NCBI GenBank assembly: GCA_048886185.1
Contig: JBHLKY010000003.1
Coordinates: 88,495-120,494, forward strand
Reading direction: 5' to 3'
From: Candidatus Hermodarchaeota archaeon
GTDB taxonomy: Archaea > Asgardarchaeota > Heimdallarchaeia > Hodarchaeales > Hodarchaeaceae
Length of the DNA stretch: 32,000 nucleotides
The notes beneath the pieces are model-generated. The model searched no databases, was not told the DNA's origin, and saw nothing but the letters and a program-made list of their open reading frames with translations. Position 1 is the first letter of the stretch; each line of letters starts with the position of its first letter. The translations under genes and the position numbers were made by a program. Shown in pieces: positions 6,567 through 16,415 of the stretch.

Positions 6567-7814
6567 TTGGTGAGAGGTTTTCTATTGAATCAATACAATG
6601 ATTCGGATATAACATTAGATGAAATATTTGAAGGTTACCTTAAATCGCCTAAATTATTTAAACGCCGCGACGTTCTTGATAGTTCTTTTGTTCCTGAGAA
6701 TCTTCCCCATCGTACCGAACAGATCAAACAATTGGGCTATATTTTGGCGTCTGTTCTTCGTGGGGCAAAGCCTAGTAATATTTTGTGTTTTGGTAAGACA
6801 GGAACTGGAAAAACAGCTGTTTCTAAGTATGTTCTTAACATATTAGGAAAAAAGGCACCTCAACATGGCCTACGGATCGAGGTTGCTTACTTAAATTGTA
6901 ATTCTGTTGATACTAATTACCGAGTTTTTGCTGATTTATGCAATACTCTTGGGATTGAAGTACCCTTTACTGGTCTTGCTACAGATGAAGTTTTTACTAG
7001 ATTTAAGCAGGGATTAGATCAACGAGAGTCGTTATTTATTGTTGTGCTTGATGAAATTGATAGTTTGATCAAGAAATCTGGCAATGAAACCCTCTATAAT
7101 TTAACCCGCATTAATTCTGATCTAAGTCGTGCAAAAGTGAGTCTTATTGGTATTTCCAATGATCTTAAATTCAAAGAATATCTTGACCCCAGAGTCTTGT
7201 CTTCATTATCGGAGGAGGAGCTGGTTTTCAAGCCATATGAAGCTCCTGAAATCACTGATATTTTAGTTGAGAGGAGTGAATTAGCATTTCAGACAGGAAC
7301 ATTATCAGAAGGAGTGATTAATATGATCGCAGCAATCGCAGCTCAAGAACATGGTGACGCTCGTCGCGCAATGGATCTTCTACGGGTGTCTGCAGAGATT
7401 GCTGAGAGAGAGGGGACTAATAAGATCAATCAAGCACATGTCAAAAAAGCCCAAGGCGCAATCGAGAGAAATACTATAACTGAAGTAACAAGTACTTTAC
7501 CCCTACAGTCAAAAATAGTAATTCTTTCCATCTATTTATTAGAAACAATGATTGATAATTCTGAAACTGTTTCTACTGGAGATGTTTATGAAGAATATAC
7601 TCGGATCTGTAAAGAGATGGGAATGGATTCTTTAACTCAGAGACGTGTCGGTGATCTTATCAATGAGTTAGATGCTCTTGGAATAATTAGTGCACGAGTT
7701 GTGTCACGAGGTAGACATGGTAGAACAAAGGAAATTCGCTTCAGTGTTCCCAAATCATTATTAGAGTCCACTTTAAAAGAAGATAAGATGATCTCTGGAA
7801 AACTCTCCTGGTAA
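6567..7814 (+). CDS. cdc6: Orc1/Cdc6 replication initiator (ORB-binding Orc1-1 type)
   Basis: Walker A GKTGTGKT, Walker B VVLDEID, GISND, HGDARRA, and C-terminal wHTH TQRRVGDLINELDALGII with wing GRHGRT. The start could be TTG at 6567 or 6585. Confidence 0.97.
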   Translation: MVRGFLLNQYNDSDITLDEIFEGYLKSPKLFKRRDVLDSSFVPENLPHRTEQIKQLGYILASVLRGAKPSNILCFGKTGTGKTAVSKYVLNILGKKAPQHGLRIEVAYLNCNSVDTNYRVFADLCNTLGIEVPFTGLATDEVFTRFKQGLDQRESLFIVVLDEIDSLIKKSGNETLYNLTRINSDLSRAKVSLIGISNDLKFKEYLDPRVLSSLSEEELVFKPYEAPEITDILVERSELAFQTGTLSEGVINMIAAIAAQEHGDARRAMDLLRVSAEIAEREGTNKINQAHVKKAQGAIERNTITEVTSTLPLQSKIVILSIYLLETMIDNSETVSTGDVYEEYTRICKEMGMDSLTQRRVGDLINELDALGIISARVVSRGRHGRTKEIRFSVPKSLLESTLKEDKMISGKLSW

Positions 7815-7842
7815 TTCAGGAAACTATGAAAACATGAGTTTT

Positions 7843-9468
7843 TCATTGACTTTTCAAATCAATCATGTCCACATTACCTGTAACAGTATCAAGGACTGGA
7901 ACTATGCCAACAGATACATTTCCTCCAAAAGCAGATGTTTTTTGGTCATCTCGTTTGAATGTTCCACACATGATGATTTTGACTCCTTTATAATCCTCAA
8001 AATGTGCTTGATGCAAATGACCTGAAACAATGACATTTGGTATCTCATCGATTACTAGGTAGTCTCGTTTAAATGGGGCAAGAGGGATGAATGATCCATA
8101 TTCAGGACATAGATGACGATATTCTAATAGATGTTTTATACCTAAAGCTGGATTCGATTGATCATCTAGGAATTGCTTCTGAAAGAGGGTATAAGTTCCC
8201 TGTCCGTGAAATATTAGCATATTCATGCCTTCAATGGATATCCGCAGGGGATTTCCATGACTAGTCAAATTCGGGAGTGATAAAAGCGCCTCACCTATCT
8301 GTTTATCAATCGCTGGTTGAGGAATGGCTGTTTGTGTTGCATCATGTTCTCCAGGAATGACAATAATTCGAATGTGGGATGGAATTTCTTCTAGCAATGT
8401 GGTTAAGTTCTCATATTGAGTATAGAGTGAATGAATTGATATTTGGTCTTTTTGAGCCGAAAAACGACCGATTCCATCTACGAGATCTCCAGCAATAACA
8501 ACAGTATCGATTTCTCTAGCAATGACCTCATTTTCAGGTGATAGATTTTCTCCCGTTAAAACATTGACTAATTTTGCAAACACTCTTCGTGAAAAGGATT
8601 TTGAACCAAAATGGAGGTCTGCCACGAATAAAACTCGGTGATGAGTAGAACTAGGAGTAAATTTTATTGGAGTAAATCCTGGTCTGATGACATCCTTTCC
8701 CCAAAACGCTGTTACATCTCCTCCCTGAAAGCTTTTTGGTAGTATTCCTGAAATTCCAATGACTGTGTCACGAATTATATCGCGATATTCTCGAAAACTC
8801 TTACTTTCTTCTACCATTACACAATTAGTTAAAATTTCACTCATTGGATCCTCTAAATGAATAACAAATTTGTTAGTATGTAATACACGGGTATCTTGAA
8901 CCATCCCAATAAGAATTCCGTTTCTAACTTGGGAAGCTTCTTCTGCTGGGATATATCGTTTTAATATCTGTTGGGATTCATTAAGATTATCTAAGAGTAT
9001 CCTTGAAAGTCGATCATAACGATCCTGAAATAAGTGCATAAACTCTGAAATATCTGGTTTGACAGATGTTCTTTCAGGAATATCTAACTTCACAGTAATA
9101 TTTAAAGAAGGAAGACGATCAACTCTAGGCCTAATTACTTTTTCTAGTTGCTTTAGGGCTGGTGGAGGGGATCTTGTGATTTTATCGTCATCAAATTCAT
9201 CATTCTGGGGTATTTCACTTACTAAGCGTCCCATTTTCGTTTTAACTTCTTCTGTTCTCTTTTTAATTGGTTGAAGATGCTGATCAAGAGGTTCTAAAAA
9301 TTCTCCTAATACTTTCATGGTTATAACAGGAATATCTCGAGGGATTTTCTGAATTCTTTCATGGAGAATCTCTTCGGAGATATCTTTCTGCAAGATGTAA
9401 TCTAAAGTATCAGCAGCGACATTAAAGTTGTACTCCAAGAAAATTTTGATTAATTTCATTCTTTCCAA
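7843..9468 (-). CDS. polB: DNA polymerase D small subunit DP1 (divergent; GNH motif reads GEH)
   Basis: N-terminal helical domain, OB-fold (IGMV..R.....LED), and calcineurin-like motifs ADLHFGS, AGDLVDG, PGEHD, FHG, RHLCPEYG and SGHLH. The symbol follows the archaeal DP1 convention. Confidence 0.88.
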   Translation of the reverse strand: MERMKLIKIFLEYNFNVAADTLDYILQKDISEEILHERIQKIPRDIPVITMKVLGEFLEPLDQHLQPIKKRTEEVKTKMGRLVSEIPQNDEFDDDKITRSPPPALKQLEKVIRPRVDRLPSLNITVKLDIPERTSVKPDISEFMHLFQDRYDRLSRILLDNLNESQQILKRYIPAEEASQVRNGILIGMVQDTRVLHTNKFVIHLEDPMSEILTNCVMVEESKSFREYRDIIRDTVIGISGILPKSFQGGDVTAFWGKDVIRPGFTPIKFTPSSTHHRVLFVADLHFGSKSFSRRVFAKLVNVLTGENLSPENEVIAREIDTVVIAGDLVDGIGRFSAQKDQISIHSLYTQYENLTTLLEEIPSHIRIIVIPGEHDATQTAIPQPAIDKQIGEALLSLPNLTSHGNPLRISIEGMNMLIFHGQGTYTLFQKQFLDDQSNPALGIKHLLEYRHLCPEYGSFIPLAPFKRDYLVIDEIPNVIVSGHLHQAHFEDYKGVKIIMCGTFKRDDQKTSAFGGNVSVGIVPVLDTVTGNVDMIDLKSQ

Positions 9469-9738
9469 GCTAGAATTGACCCCAAGAATGATTGATACAT
9501 ACAGGAATAATTTGAAGATGTAATCTCATTAGTATTATCTTTAAGTTTATCCTTCTTTTATCAATTTGCTAAGATTCAACCAAAGTTGATAAACTGGTTT
9601 TACTAATGAAGAAGATTTATGACTAAAATTATGACTAAAGTTCAGGAACAAAGATTGTTGATTTCTTTCTGATAAAGGGGAGTTAAAAAATGATAAGGCT
9701 AGAATATAATTCGTACTCAGAAAGGATTTTACAACTTT

Positions 9739-11907
9739 TTAAGGTGTAATTGCTCCTGGCGGAATAATATCCCAATTGATACGCCATATATATATCCAAT
9801 TATGTTCTGTTTTATACGCTAGTTCATAATAATTCGCATACTCAGCGTAATCATCAACGAAACCCTTTGTTGCAGGAGCATTATCTGTGATAGGAGCATA
9901 TTGCGTTATTCTACTAGAGTATGTCTCATCTGAGACCTCTGCTGTAAAGAGAGCCCAAAACACTGATTCATAGAATCGATTAACGTATCCCTGTATATAT
10001 TGGCCTCGGGAATCGTACTCAAGATAATCATCTTCGTCTATTTGGATTATATTACCATTAGCTTCCCCAATTCTGACAAACCATGGAACTTTACCAAGAT
10101 CAGAATCGAGTTGCCAATAACCATCGGACACTAATAGAACAATATAGGTTATATCATAGATATCCGCAATTTTAAGGGAGTCTTTTGGGTTGAGAACTAA
10201 CATACATCCAATATTACCAATTTTCGTCTTGTTAATTGTCGCATTGTCCACTAGAATAGTAGTATTAGAAATTCCACTAATCCAGTATCCATAGTCCCAC
10301 CAAGAAGCCACAACATCTGTTGGCCCAGCATTATAGTCTAACCAACTTATCGCTTCTTGCCAATCATATCCTAAAACAATTTGGGATTGATTTATTACTA
10401 CTGGAGTAGAGATTGAGGGAGCCTGTGTTGTCTTAATTGCTTGATCTATTGCTGTACCTATAAAGAAGAATATTATAATTCCAATAAATGCAAAAGCTAT
10501 TGCTGTCTGTTCATTAGATAATGGCTGTATAAAACGAGCTTTTCTTCGACTTAATGCGAATCGTTCTTGGAAGGCTAATACAAAAGGTAGAAGAGTTTGA
10601 TCAATCGCTTTTGCTGCAAGTAATGAAATAGCTGGAGCTAATATTAAAGCTAATCTTACCATGGAACCAGCGAAATATATTGCTGTCATGCCAAATAATA
10701 GTAGTAAAAGGTTCCTCTCAGTTGGTTTTTCATAAAGGTAGTAAAGGCTTAATGGTAAGAAAAAGATCAATAATCCTGTATTTCTAAAAAATGTTGCCCA
10801 TGTGACAATTTGATGTTCGCTAACTGACTTTAAAATTGGTGTTTGATCTCGATATATTGGTAGAAGTACAGTAACGAATTTTGAAGCTATATTGCTTAGA
10901 AATCCAGTAGAAAAGAGAACAACAATTCCCAAGACTGCAGCGACTCCAATAAAAGGAGCGATGGTTTTAAAACGTGCACGGAATCGTGTTGTGTCAGAAA
11001 AGGTATTAATATAACGATAAATTTCCATTATGGCTATTAAACCAAGAACACCTAAACCTGTTAAAGCATTTGAAGTTATGAGTGAATCTGGACCATTTCT
11101 CGGAATTAACATCATGATAAAGTATCCTATCAGGATTGATCCTCCATACGAAAGAAATAATCTATCTGAATGTTTCTTCATAACTAACAGAACTAATGCA
11201 TGAAGTGCTATTAAGTTGAAGACGTAAGTCGAAGCTCCCCATGAGCCAGATAGAATACCCAAGCATATTCCAGAAAGTATGGTCGAAGTAAGCGATCCTG
11301 TTCGTAAAGATCTTGCATAGAAATATAGCGCGAGGACAAGAAAAAGAATTCCTAGTGACTCGTGATCAAAAAATCCAACCACAGTTCTTTGAAGATGACC
11401 AGGGGAAATTACTAAGAAAAGGGCAGCCATTACTCCAATTTTCTTATTCCCTAGTTCTTTTCCCAAGAAGTATATTGCTACACATGTAAGCGCTCCCATA
11501 AGAGCTGGTTGATAATAGCAAATTATCCTTAGTGGGATATCTAAGCCTAAAAACATGGTTAATTGATGAATTAAGACTGCTGAGAGTGGGGTTCCAATAT
11601 ATTGATTTCGCCCCCAAAATCGGCCTTCAGGGTACCAAGTTTGTGTGTCGACCCAGCTAAAGAACTTGGCGAGACCATTTTCTTCAATGTATACTGCTGC
11701 ACGGTATTGGGAAAAAGGATCATTAGCTGTGAGGATAATTTCATATGAAGGTACATGAAGAGAGCCGAAGATTCTAACGAGGTAAGCTAAAATAAAAATT
11801 AATACAAGCGTAGTATAAAGTAAAACCATTTCTTTGTTAATTGATGTAGTAGCTGTATTATAGCGAGTTTTGAGGTCGTTTACAATTTTATCAATGAAAA
11901 CAGACAT
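9739..11907 (-). CDS. aglB: Oligosaccharyltransferase AglB / STT3
   Basis: Multiple TM segments, DP...YR, GFFDHE, SVSEHQ, WWDYG and DNAT motifs. Confidence 0.96.
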   Translation of the reverse strand: MSVFIDKIVNDLKTRYNTATTSINKEMVLLYTTLVLIFILAYLVRIFGSLHVPSYEIILTANDPFSQYRAAVYIEENGLAKFFSWVDTQTWYPEGRFWGRNQYIGTPLSAVLIHQLTMFLGLDIPLRIICYYQPALMGALTCVAIYFLGKELGNKKIGVMAALFLVISPGHLQRTVVGFFDHESLGILFLVLALYFYARSLRTGSLTSTILSGICLGILSGSWGASTYVFNLIALHALVLLVMKKHSDRLFLSYGGSILIGYFIMMLIPRNGPDSLITSNALTGLGVLGLIAIMEIYRYINTFSDTTRFRARFKTIAPFIGVAAVLGIVVLFSTGFLSNIASKFVTVLLPIYRDQTPILKSVSEHQIVTWATFFRNTGLLIFFLPLSLYYLYEKPTERNLLLLLFGMTAIYFAGSMVRLALILAPAISLLAAKAIDQTLLPFVLAFQERFALSRRKARFIQPLSNEQTAIAFAFIGIIIFFFIGTAIDQAIKTTQAPSISTPVVINQSQIVLGYDWQEAISWLDYNAGPTDVVASWWDYGYWISGISNTTILVDNATINKTKIGNIGCMLVLNPKDSLKIADIYDITYIVLLVSDGYWQLDSDLGKVPWFVRIGEANGNIIQIDEDDYLEYDSRGQYIQGYVNRFYESVFWALFTAEVSDETYSSRITQYAPITDNAPATKGFVDDYAEYANYYELAYKTEHNWIYIWRINWDIIPPGAITP

Positions 11908-12076
11908 TCTTTTTATTCACCAAGGGAGATCTATGCTGGATTGTTTGTGTCTATGAAGATAATGGATAATTATAATAAGGTGGCTTACTTGCCTTGCAAA
12001 CAGCACTCTTTTACAAGATTTTATTTGTTTAATGTAATACAATAATTTGATTGTTTAGAGTTATCGTCACCGGTGT

Positions 12077-12424
12077 ATGGTGTCAATTATGACAAAACAG
12101 CCCATGGATGTAGATTTAGAGCTATTTGAAATCGTGTTTCCAGGTAAACTCATTGGAAAAGCAGTTATTGATGCGAATGCCCGTATGATTGGGGTTATTC
12201 GTAATGTTCGAATTCGTATTCCTTCCCCAACTATTAGTTTGACCGTAAAAGGTCTTGATACTGAATTTACTGTAAAATCCGAGGATATTCAAGCAGTTGG
12301 TAATGTTGTACAACTGAATGTGACAATAAAACATTCTGAACCTATTGAGATTAATGAAATAATAAAATTGAGAACTGAGATTCAGGAGGAGTTGATTCAC
12401 TTTTTTTCTCTATTAAAGCAATAA
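12077..12424 (+). CDS. PRC-barrel domain protein
   Basis: KLIGKAVIDANARMIGVIRNV...EDIQAVGNVVQL follows the PRC-barrel pattern, with a C-terminal helical tail. Confidence 0.7.
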   Translation: MVSIMTKQPMDVDLELFEIVFPGKLIGKAVIDANARMIGVIRNVRIRIPSPTISLTVKGLDTEFTVKSEDIQAVGNVVQLNVTIKHSEPIEINEIIKLRTEIQEELIHFFSLLKQ

Positions 12425-12487
12425 AGGAAACAATAATTCTTTCCTGAATATTTCTTATGCATCATTCAGAGCTATACAGGGAAAAGT

Positions 12488-13351
12488 ATGGTAGATATAA
12501 GCCGTTTGAAATCTTGGTCAAAACATTTAAGAGCTAGACGTGGAAATAAGATTTTTCTTCAAGCTGTAAAGATGTTTCATTATCATATAACTCCTTTCTC
12601 TGTACTATTACAGAGAATATGTGAAATTCTTGAGGAATTTGATGCTAAATTCACTTTTCCTCTTGTTGCATCAATAGCTCAATCTAATCCGACATTAGTT
12701 AAAAAGTTGAGATCTACTCCTCATGAAATTGCAATCCATGGCTATAAACACGTTCGATATCCATTCTTATCATTTAATCAACAATTATTTGAATTTAGAA
12801 AAGCTATTGAGATTTTTAGGGAGCTAAATATTCCTTTCGTAGGTTTTAGAGCCCCATATAACATCTATTCTGAGACTACTATTGAATTAATTGATAATTT
12901 TGGCTTTTTATGGGATGCAGGAATAGGATTTCGTCGTGATTATAGAGATGGTCATAAATTCTTTAAGGTTCCATTAAAAGATCGAAAAGTATCGTCTTAC
13001 ACCTGTATACCTCTATGTGAGTGGTCTGATGACCGTATGATTGATAATTATAAACTTTCATCAGAAAAAATGGCCAAAATATTAATCTATCATTTAGAGA
13101 AAGCTCGAAAGGTCAACGGGTTGATCATGTTTGATCTCCATCCAATAAGAATCGGGCAGAATCAATATATCAAGAGCTTAAAGCAGTTACTAATTCATGC
13201 AACGAAGATTGATGCGTGGGTTCCCACGGTGTCAGAGGCTGTGAATTATTGGTCAAAGCATCATCAATGGAAAGATTCTGCCCCCGTATGCTGTCTCCTT
13301 ACAGGAGATATTGATAACTTTACATTTTTTGATTATCTAAAAAGAATATGA
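12488..13351 (+). CDS. Polysaccharide deacetylase (CE4/NodB-like)
   Basis: KFTF, HEIAIHGYKH (metal His pair), GFRAPY and FDLHP motifs. A TGDID motif sits at the extreme C-terminus. Confidence 0.85.
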   Translation: MVDISRLKSWSKHLRARRGNKIFLQAVKMFHYHITPFSVLLQRICEILEEFDAKFTFPLVASIAQSNPTLVKKLRSTPHEIAIHGYKHVRYPFLSFNQQLFEFRKAIEIFRELNIPFVGFRAPYNIYSETTIELIDNFGFLWDAGIGFRRDYRDGHKFFKVPLKDRKVSSYTCIPLCEWSDDRMIDNYKLSSEKMAKILIYHLEKARKVNGLIMFDLHPIRIGQNQYIKSLKQLLIHATKIDAWVPTVSEAVNYWSKHHQWKDSAPVCCLLTGDIDNFTFFDYLKRI

Positions 13352-13361
13352 ACAGAAGGTT

Positions 13362-13862
13362 TTGGTTTTCTTGACTTATTGGTCTATAGGTATCGACATT
13401 GTAGAAATTCAACGTTTTAGGTCGTATCCATTACTAGATTACCCACGTTTTTATGAACGTGTTTTTGATGAATACGAATTTCAATATTGCACTCGTCATT
13501 CAGATCCCTATCCCCATTTTGCAGGAATTTTTGCAGGAAAAGAAGCGGTACTCAAAGCAATAAACAAACTTTTTCCCATCTCGCTTTCTGAAATTTCTAT
13601 TCATCATGATGAAACAGGAAGACCTGTTGTCTGGCTAGAAAAAAATGAAAACTCCCCAAAATCAAGAGAAAAATGGTTTATTAATAATCAGAATCTTGAA
13701 GTTCAAGTCACTATTACACACTCTAGTGACCTAGCGTTAGCATGGGCATTAATCTTTACAAATAATTCACGAAATGATCCATTTAGGATATTAGATAAGC
13801 TTAAAGCTGAATTGCAGCGAGAGATTGAGAATGAGTTCGTCGAGTATCGATGTACTACGTAA
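13362..13862 (+). CDS. acpS: Holo-[acyl-carrier-protein] synthase (4'-phosphopantetheinyl transferase)
   Basis: IGIDIVEI.RF, FAGIFAGKEAVLKA, GRP, and VTITHS..LA.A motifs. TTG start. Confidence 0.92.
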   Translation: MVFLTYWSIGIDIVEIQRFRSYPLLDYPRFYERVFDEYEFQYCTRHSDPYPHFAGIFAGKEAVLKAINKLFPISLSEISIHHDETGRPVVWLEKNENSPKSREKWFINNQNLEVQVTITHSSDLALAWALIFTNNSRNDPFRILDKLKAELQREIENEFVEYRCTT

Positions 13863-15687
13863 ACAGGATGAATTACTTGATTTAGTTAGGAAAAAGCCAA
13901 CTCACAGGAATTATTGGAACTCATACAAGAGGATCAGAAAATTAGATTTTTCTAATGTTGAGCTTTCCTCACAAGAACGTATTAACATAAGCTTGTTGAG
14001 TTCTTTCACAATAGATCCATTAGCAGTATATCTTGACATTGATTGTCGCTTATTAGGACTTTTTCCAGAGATTTATGTAGCACCCTTTAATAGATATCAT
14101 GAAGAGGTTCTCGATAAAGAAAGTGGCCTTTACAAATCAAAACCTGACTTAGTAATCTTTTTTATTAGAGTGGAGTCATTAATAGAAGATACATTCAGAG
14201 TAAAATATCCTCAAATGAAAACCAAACATATACAAACAGAAATTAATAGAATAATTCATGATATTAAACAACTATTAGCTCTGATAAATCAACAGAGTGA
14301 AGCAATAACTATTTTCAGTAATTTTGTTGTCCCCATGTTCTCTCCTTTTGGAATTTTAGATAATAAACAGCAAATTGGGTTTAAAGGCTTCTATAAATTA
14401 TTAAATCTAAGGCTTGAAGAGTCATTCCTGGATAATAATCAAAATTTCATCTTTAATCTAAATGAAGTTGCAAGTGGTTATGGAAAAGACAGATATATGA
14501 ATTATCAGATGAATTATCGGGGCTCAATATTTTTTAACGAACCATTCTTATCACGACTTTCTTACGAGTTAATGGGTTATGTCAAAGCACTCAAATCAAA
14601 AAATCGGAAATGTATTGTTCTAGATTTAGATAATACCCTTTGGGGTGGTATTATTGGAGAAGATGGACTAGAAGGCATTAAGCTTAACGTTAGCTATCCT
14701 GGTAACGAATTTGTCGACTTTCAGCGTTCTTTATTAAGCTTAAATAGCAAAGGTGTCATTTTAGCCATCAATAGCAAGAATAATCTTGATGATGCTCTAG
14801 AGGTTTTCCAGAAGCATCCTTACATGCAAATTAAGGAAAAAAACTTGGCAGCTTATCGTATTAACTGGAATGATAAAGTACAAAACCTTATTGAATTAGC
14901 TAAGGAGATAAATATAGGATTGGATAGCATAATATTTATTGATGATAATCCCGTTGAAAGGGCACGTGTACAGACTTCTCTTCCTGATGTACTCGTCTTG
15001 GATATGCCTTCTAGTCCTTTATTGTTTCGTAAAACTTTGGAAGAATTAAATGATTTTAATACCCTATCGCTTACAATAGAAGACCTCCATCGGAGTGAAA
15101 TGTATTATGCTAGACGCAAAAGACAGGATCTCGAACAGCATGTTCAATCCATGGAGGAATTTATAGAATCATTAGACATTGTTGCAATAATTAAACTAAC
15201 AGATAATTTTGTACTCCCACGTGTTACGAGTCTTCTGAACAGAACAAATCAATTTAATTTAACCACTAAGCGTTATACGGAATCTGAAGTTCAATATCTG
15301 CATTCTAATCCAGAGAAATATCTTATCTATACCGTACAAGTCCAGGATAAATTTGGTGATGAGGGAATTGTAGGTGTTGCTATAGTTGAAAAAGACTCAG
15401 TTGATAAATGGATTGTCGATAGTTTCCTTCTGAGTTGTAGGGTAATTGGTAGAAAAATCGAAACAGTTTTTCTCACAAAATTAATTAATGATGCTAAAAG
15501 TCAAAATGTAAAGGTACTTGAAGCAACATACATCCCGACTAAGAAAAATACATTAGTAAGTGACTTTTACTCCAAACATAGTTTTCAGTTGGTAAAAGAA
15601 TACCCTAATGGAGAGACACAGTGGGTACTCTCTTTAAGTGATTTTAATTTAGATTATCCTGAATATATTCGCGTTGTGGAAGAATGA
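13831..15687 (+). CDS. FkbH-like HAD-IIIC protein (glyceryl-ACP-forming enzyme family)
   Basis: N-terminal extension, HAD motif VLDLDNTLWGGIIGEDG (14623), SKNN, RINW.DK, FIDDNPVER, R...L..RTNQFNLTT, DKFGD.G, and SCRV (Cys 15436). It overlaps the acpS end. ATG 13831 is preferred to TTG 13825. Confidence 0.93.
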   Translation: MSSSSIDVLRKQDELLDLVRKKPTHRNYWNSYKRIRKLDFSNVELSSQERINISLLSSFTIDPLAVYLDIDCRLLGLFPEIYVAPFNRYHEEVLDKESGLYKSKPDLVIFFIRVESLIEDTFRVKYPQMKTKHIQTEINRIIHDIKQLLALINQQSEAITIFSNFVVPMFSPFGILDNKQQIGFKGFYKLLNLRLEESFLDNNQNFIFNLNEVASGYGKDRYMNYQMNYRGSIFFNEPFLSRLSYELMGYVKALKSKNRKCIVLDLDNTLWGGIIGEDGLEGIKLNVSYPGNEFVDFQRSLLSLNSKGVILAINSKNNLDDALEVFQKHPYMQIKEKNLAAYRINWNDKVQNLIELAKEINIGLDSIIFIDDNPVERARVQTSLPDVLVLDMPSSPLLFRKTLEELNDFNTLSLTIEDLHRSEMYYARRKRQDLEQHVQSMEEFIESLDIVAIIKLTDNFVLPRVTSLLNRTNQFNLTTKRYTESEVQYLHSNPEKYLIYTVQVQDKFGDEGIVGVAIVEKDSVDKWIVDSFLLSCRVIGRKIETVFLTKLINDAKSQNVKVLEATYIPTKKNTLVSDFYSKHSFQLVKEYPNGETQWVLSLSDFNLDYPEYIRVVEE

Positions 15688-15932
15688 TGGTTAATACACA
15701 GGCAATATTCGAAGATATTGTTTCTAAAATACTTTTATTGGAAAAAAATCAATTAAATGACGATATCTCAAGAGATGACCTTGAAGAATGGGATTCTATG
15801 ACTCATCTAGCGTTAATTTCAGAGTTAGAGCAAGCTTTTGACATAATTCTTTCTGATGATGAAGTTACCGAAATCAAGACTATTGGTGATGTTAAAAGAA
15901 CCTTAATCAAGCACAAAATTAAAATTCTGTAA
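15684..15932 (+). CDS. Acyl carrier protein
   Basis: 82-aa acidic protein with WDSM attachment motif (Ser38, 15795-15797) and ELEQAFDI. ATGA overlap with the FkbH stop. Confidence 0.9.
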   Translation: MMVNTQAIFEDIVSKILLLEKNQLNDDISRDDLEEWDSMTHLALISELEQAFDIILSDDEVTEIKTIGDVKRTLIKHKIKIL

Positions 15933-15999
15933 TTTTTTTCTTCGAAAGAAATTCATTAAGTGGAATCTTATGTAAGTAGACCACAAGAAGATATAATTT

Positions 16000-16407
16000 C
16001 TATAATTCTAGAAATTCTAGAAGATAATGGGTCGGTGTCCAAACAAAAGCTATTCGGCGGCCATTAAAAAGCGCTGAAGGTGTTGGACGGAGTGCAATTA
16101 CAGCATGGTTTTCCCGTGCTTTCTTAAGTGCTTCTTCTAGGCCTGGTACCTCTATACAATAGTGGTACAAGTGATTATTTTGCTTTAATATTTGATCAAT
16201 AGTGGATGGTGATTCAGTTGGTTCTACTAATTCAAGTAAGCAGTTTTCAGACGATTGACCGTTGATAGCTAGAAGAACTACCTTTACTTTCAATCTTTTG
16301 TCATCAATAACATTACTTACTTGCTTCATACCTAATGCTTGAATATGAAATCCTAAGCTTTCTTCAATTGAGTTAACAGCAACACCGACATGGTGAATTT
16401 TGGTCAT
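16000..16407 (-). CDS. VOC-fold protein, methylmalonyl-CoA epimerase-like
   Basis: IHHVGVAV, LLELVEP, LYHYCIEV and LLEFLE supply the H/E/H/E metal-ligand pattern of VOC enzymes. Confidence 0.8.
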   Translation of the reverse strand: MTKIHHVGVAVNSIEESLGFHIQALGMKQVSNVIDDKRLKVKVVLLAINGQSSENCLLELVEPTESPSTIDQILKQNNHLYHYCIEVPGLEEALKKARENHAVIALRPTPSALFNGRRIAFVWTPTHYLLEFLEL

Positions 16408-16415
16408 AAGTTATT

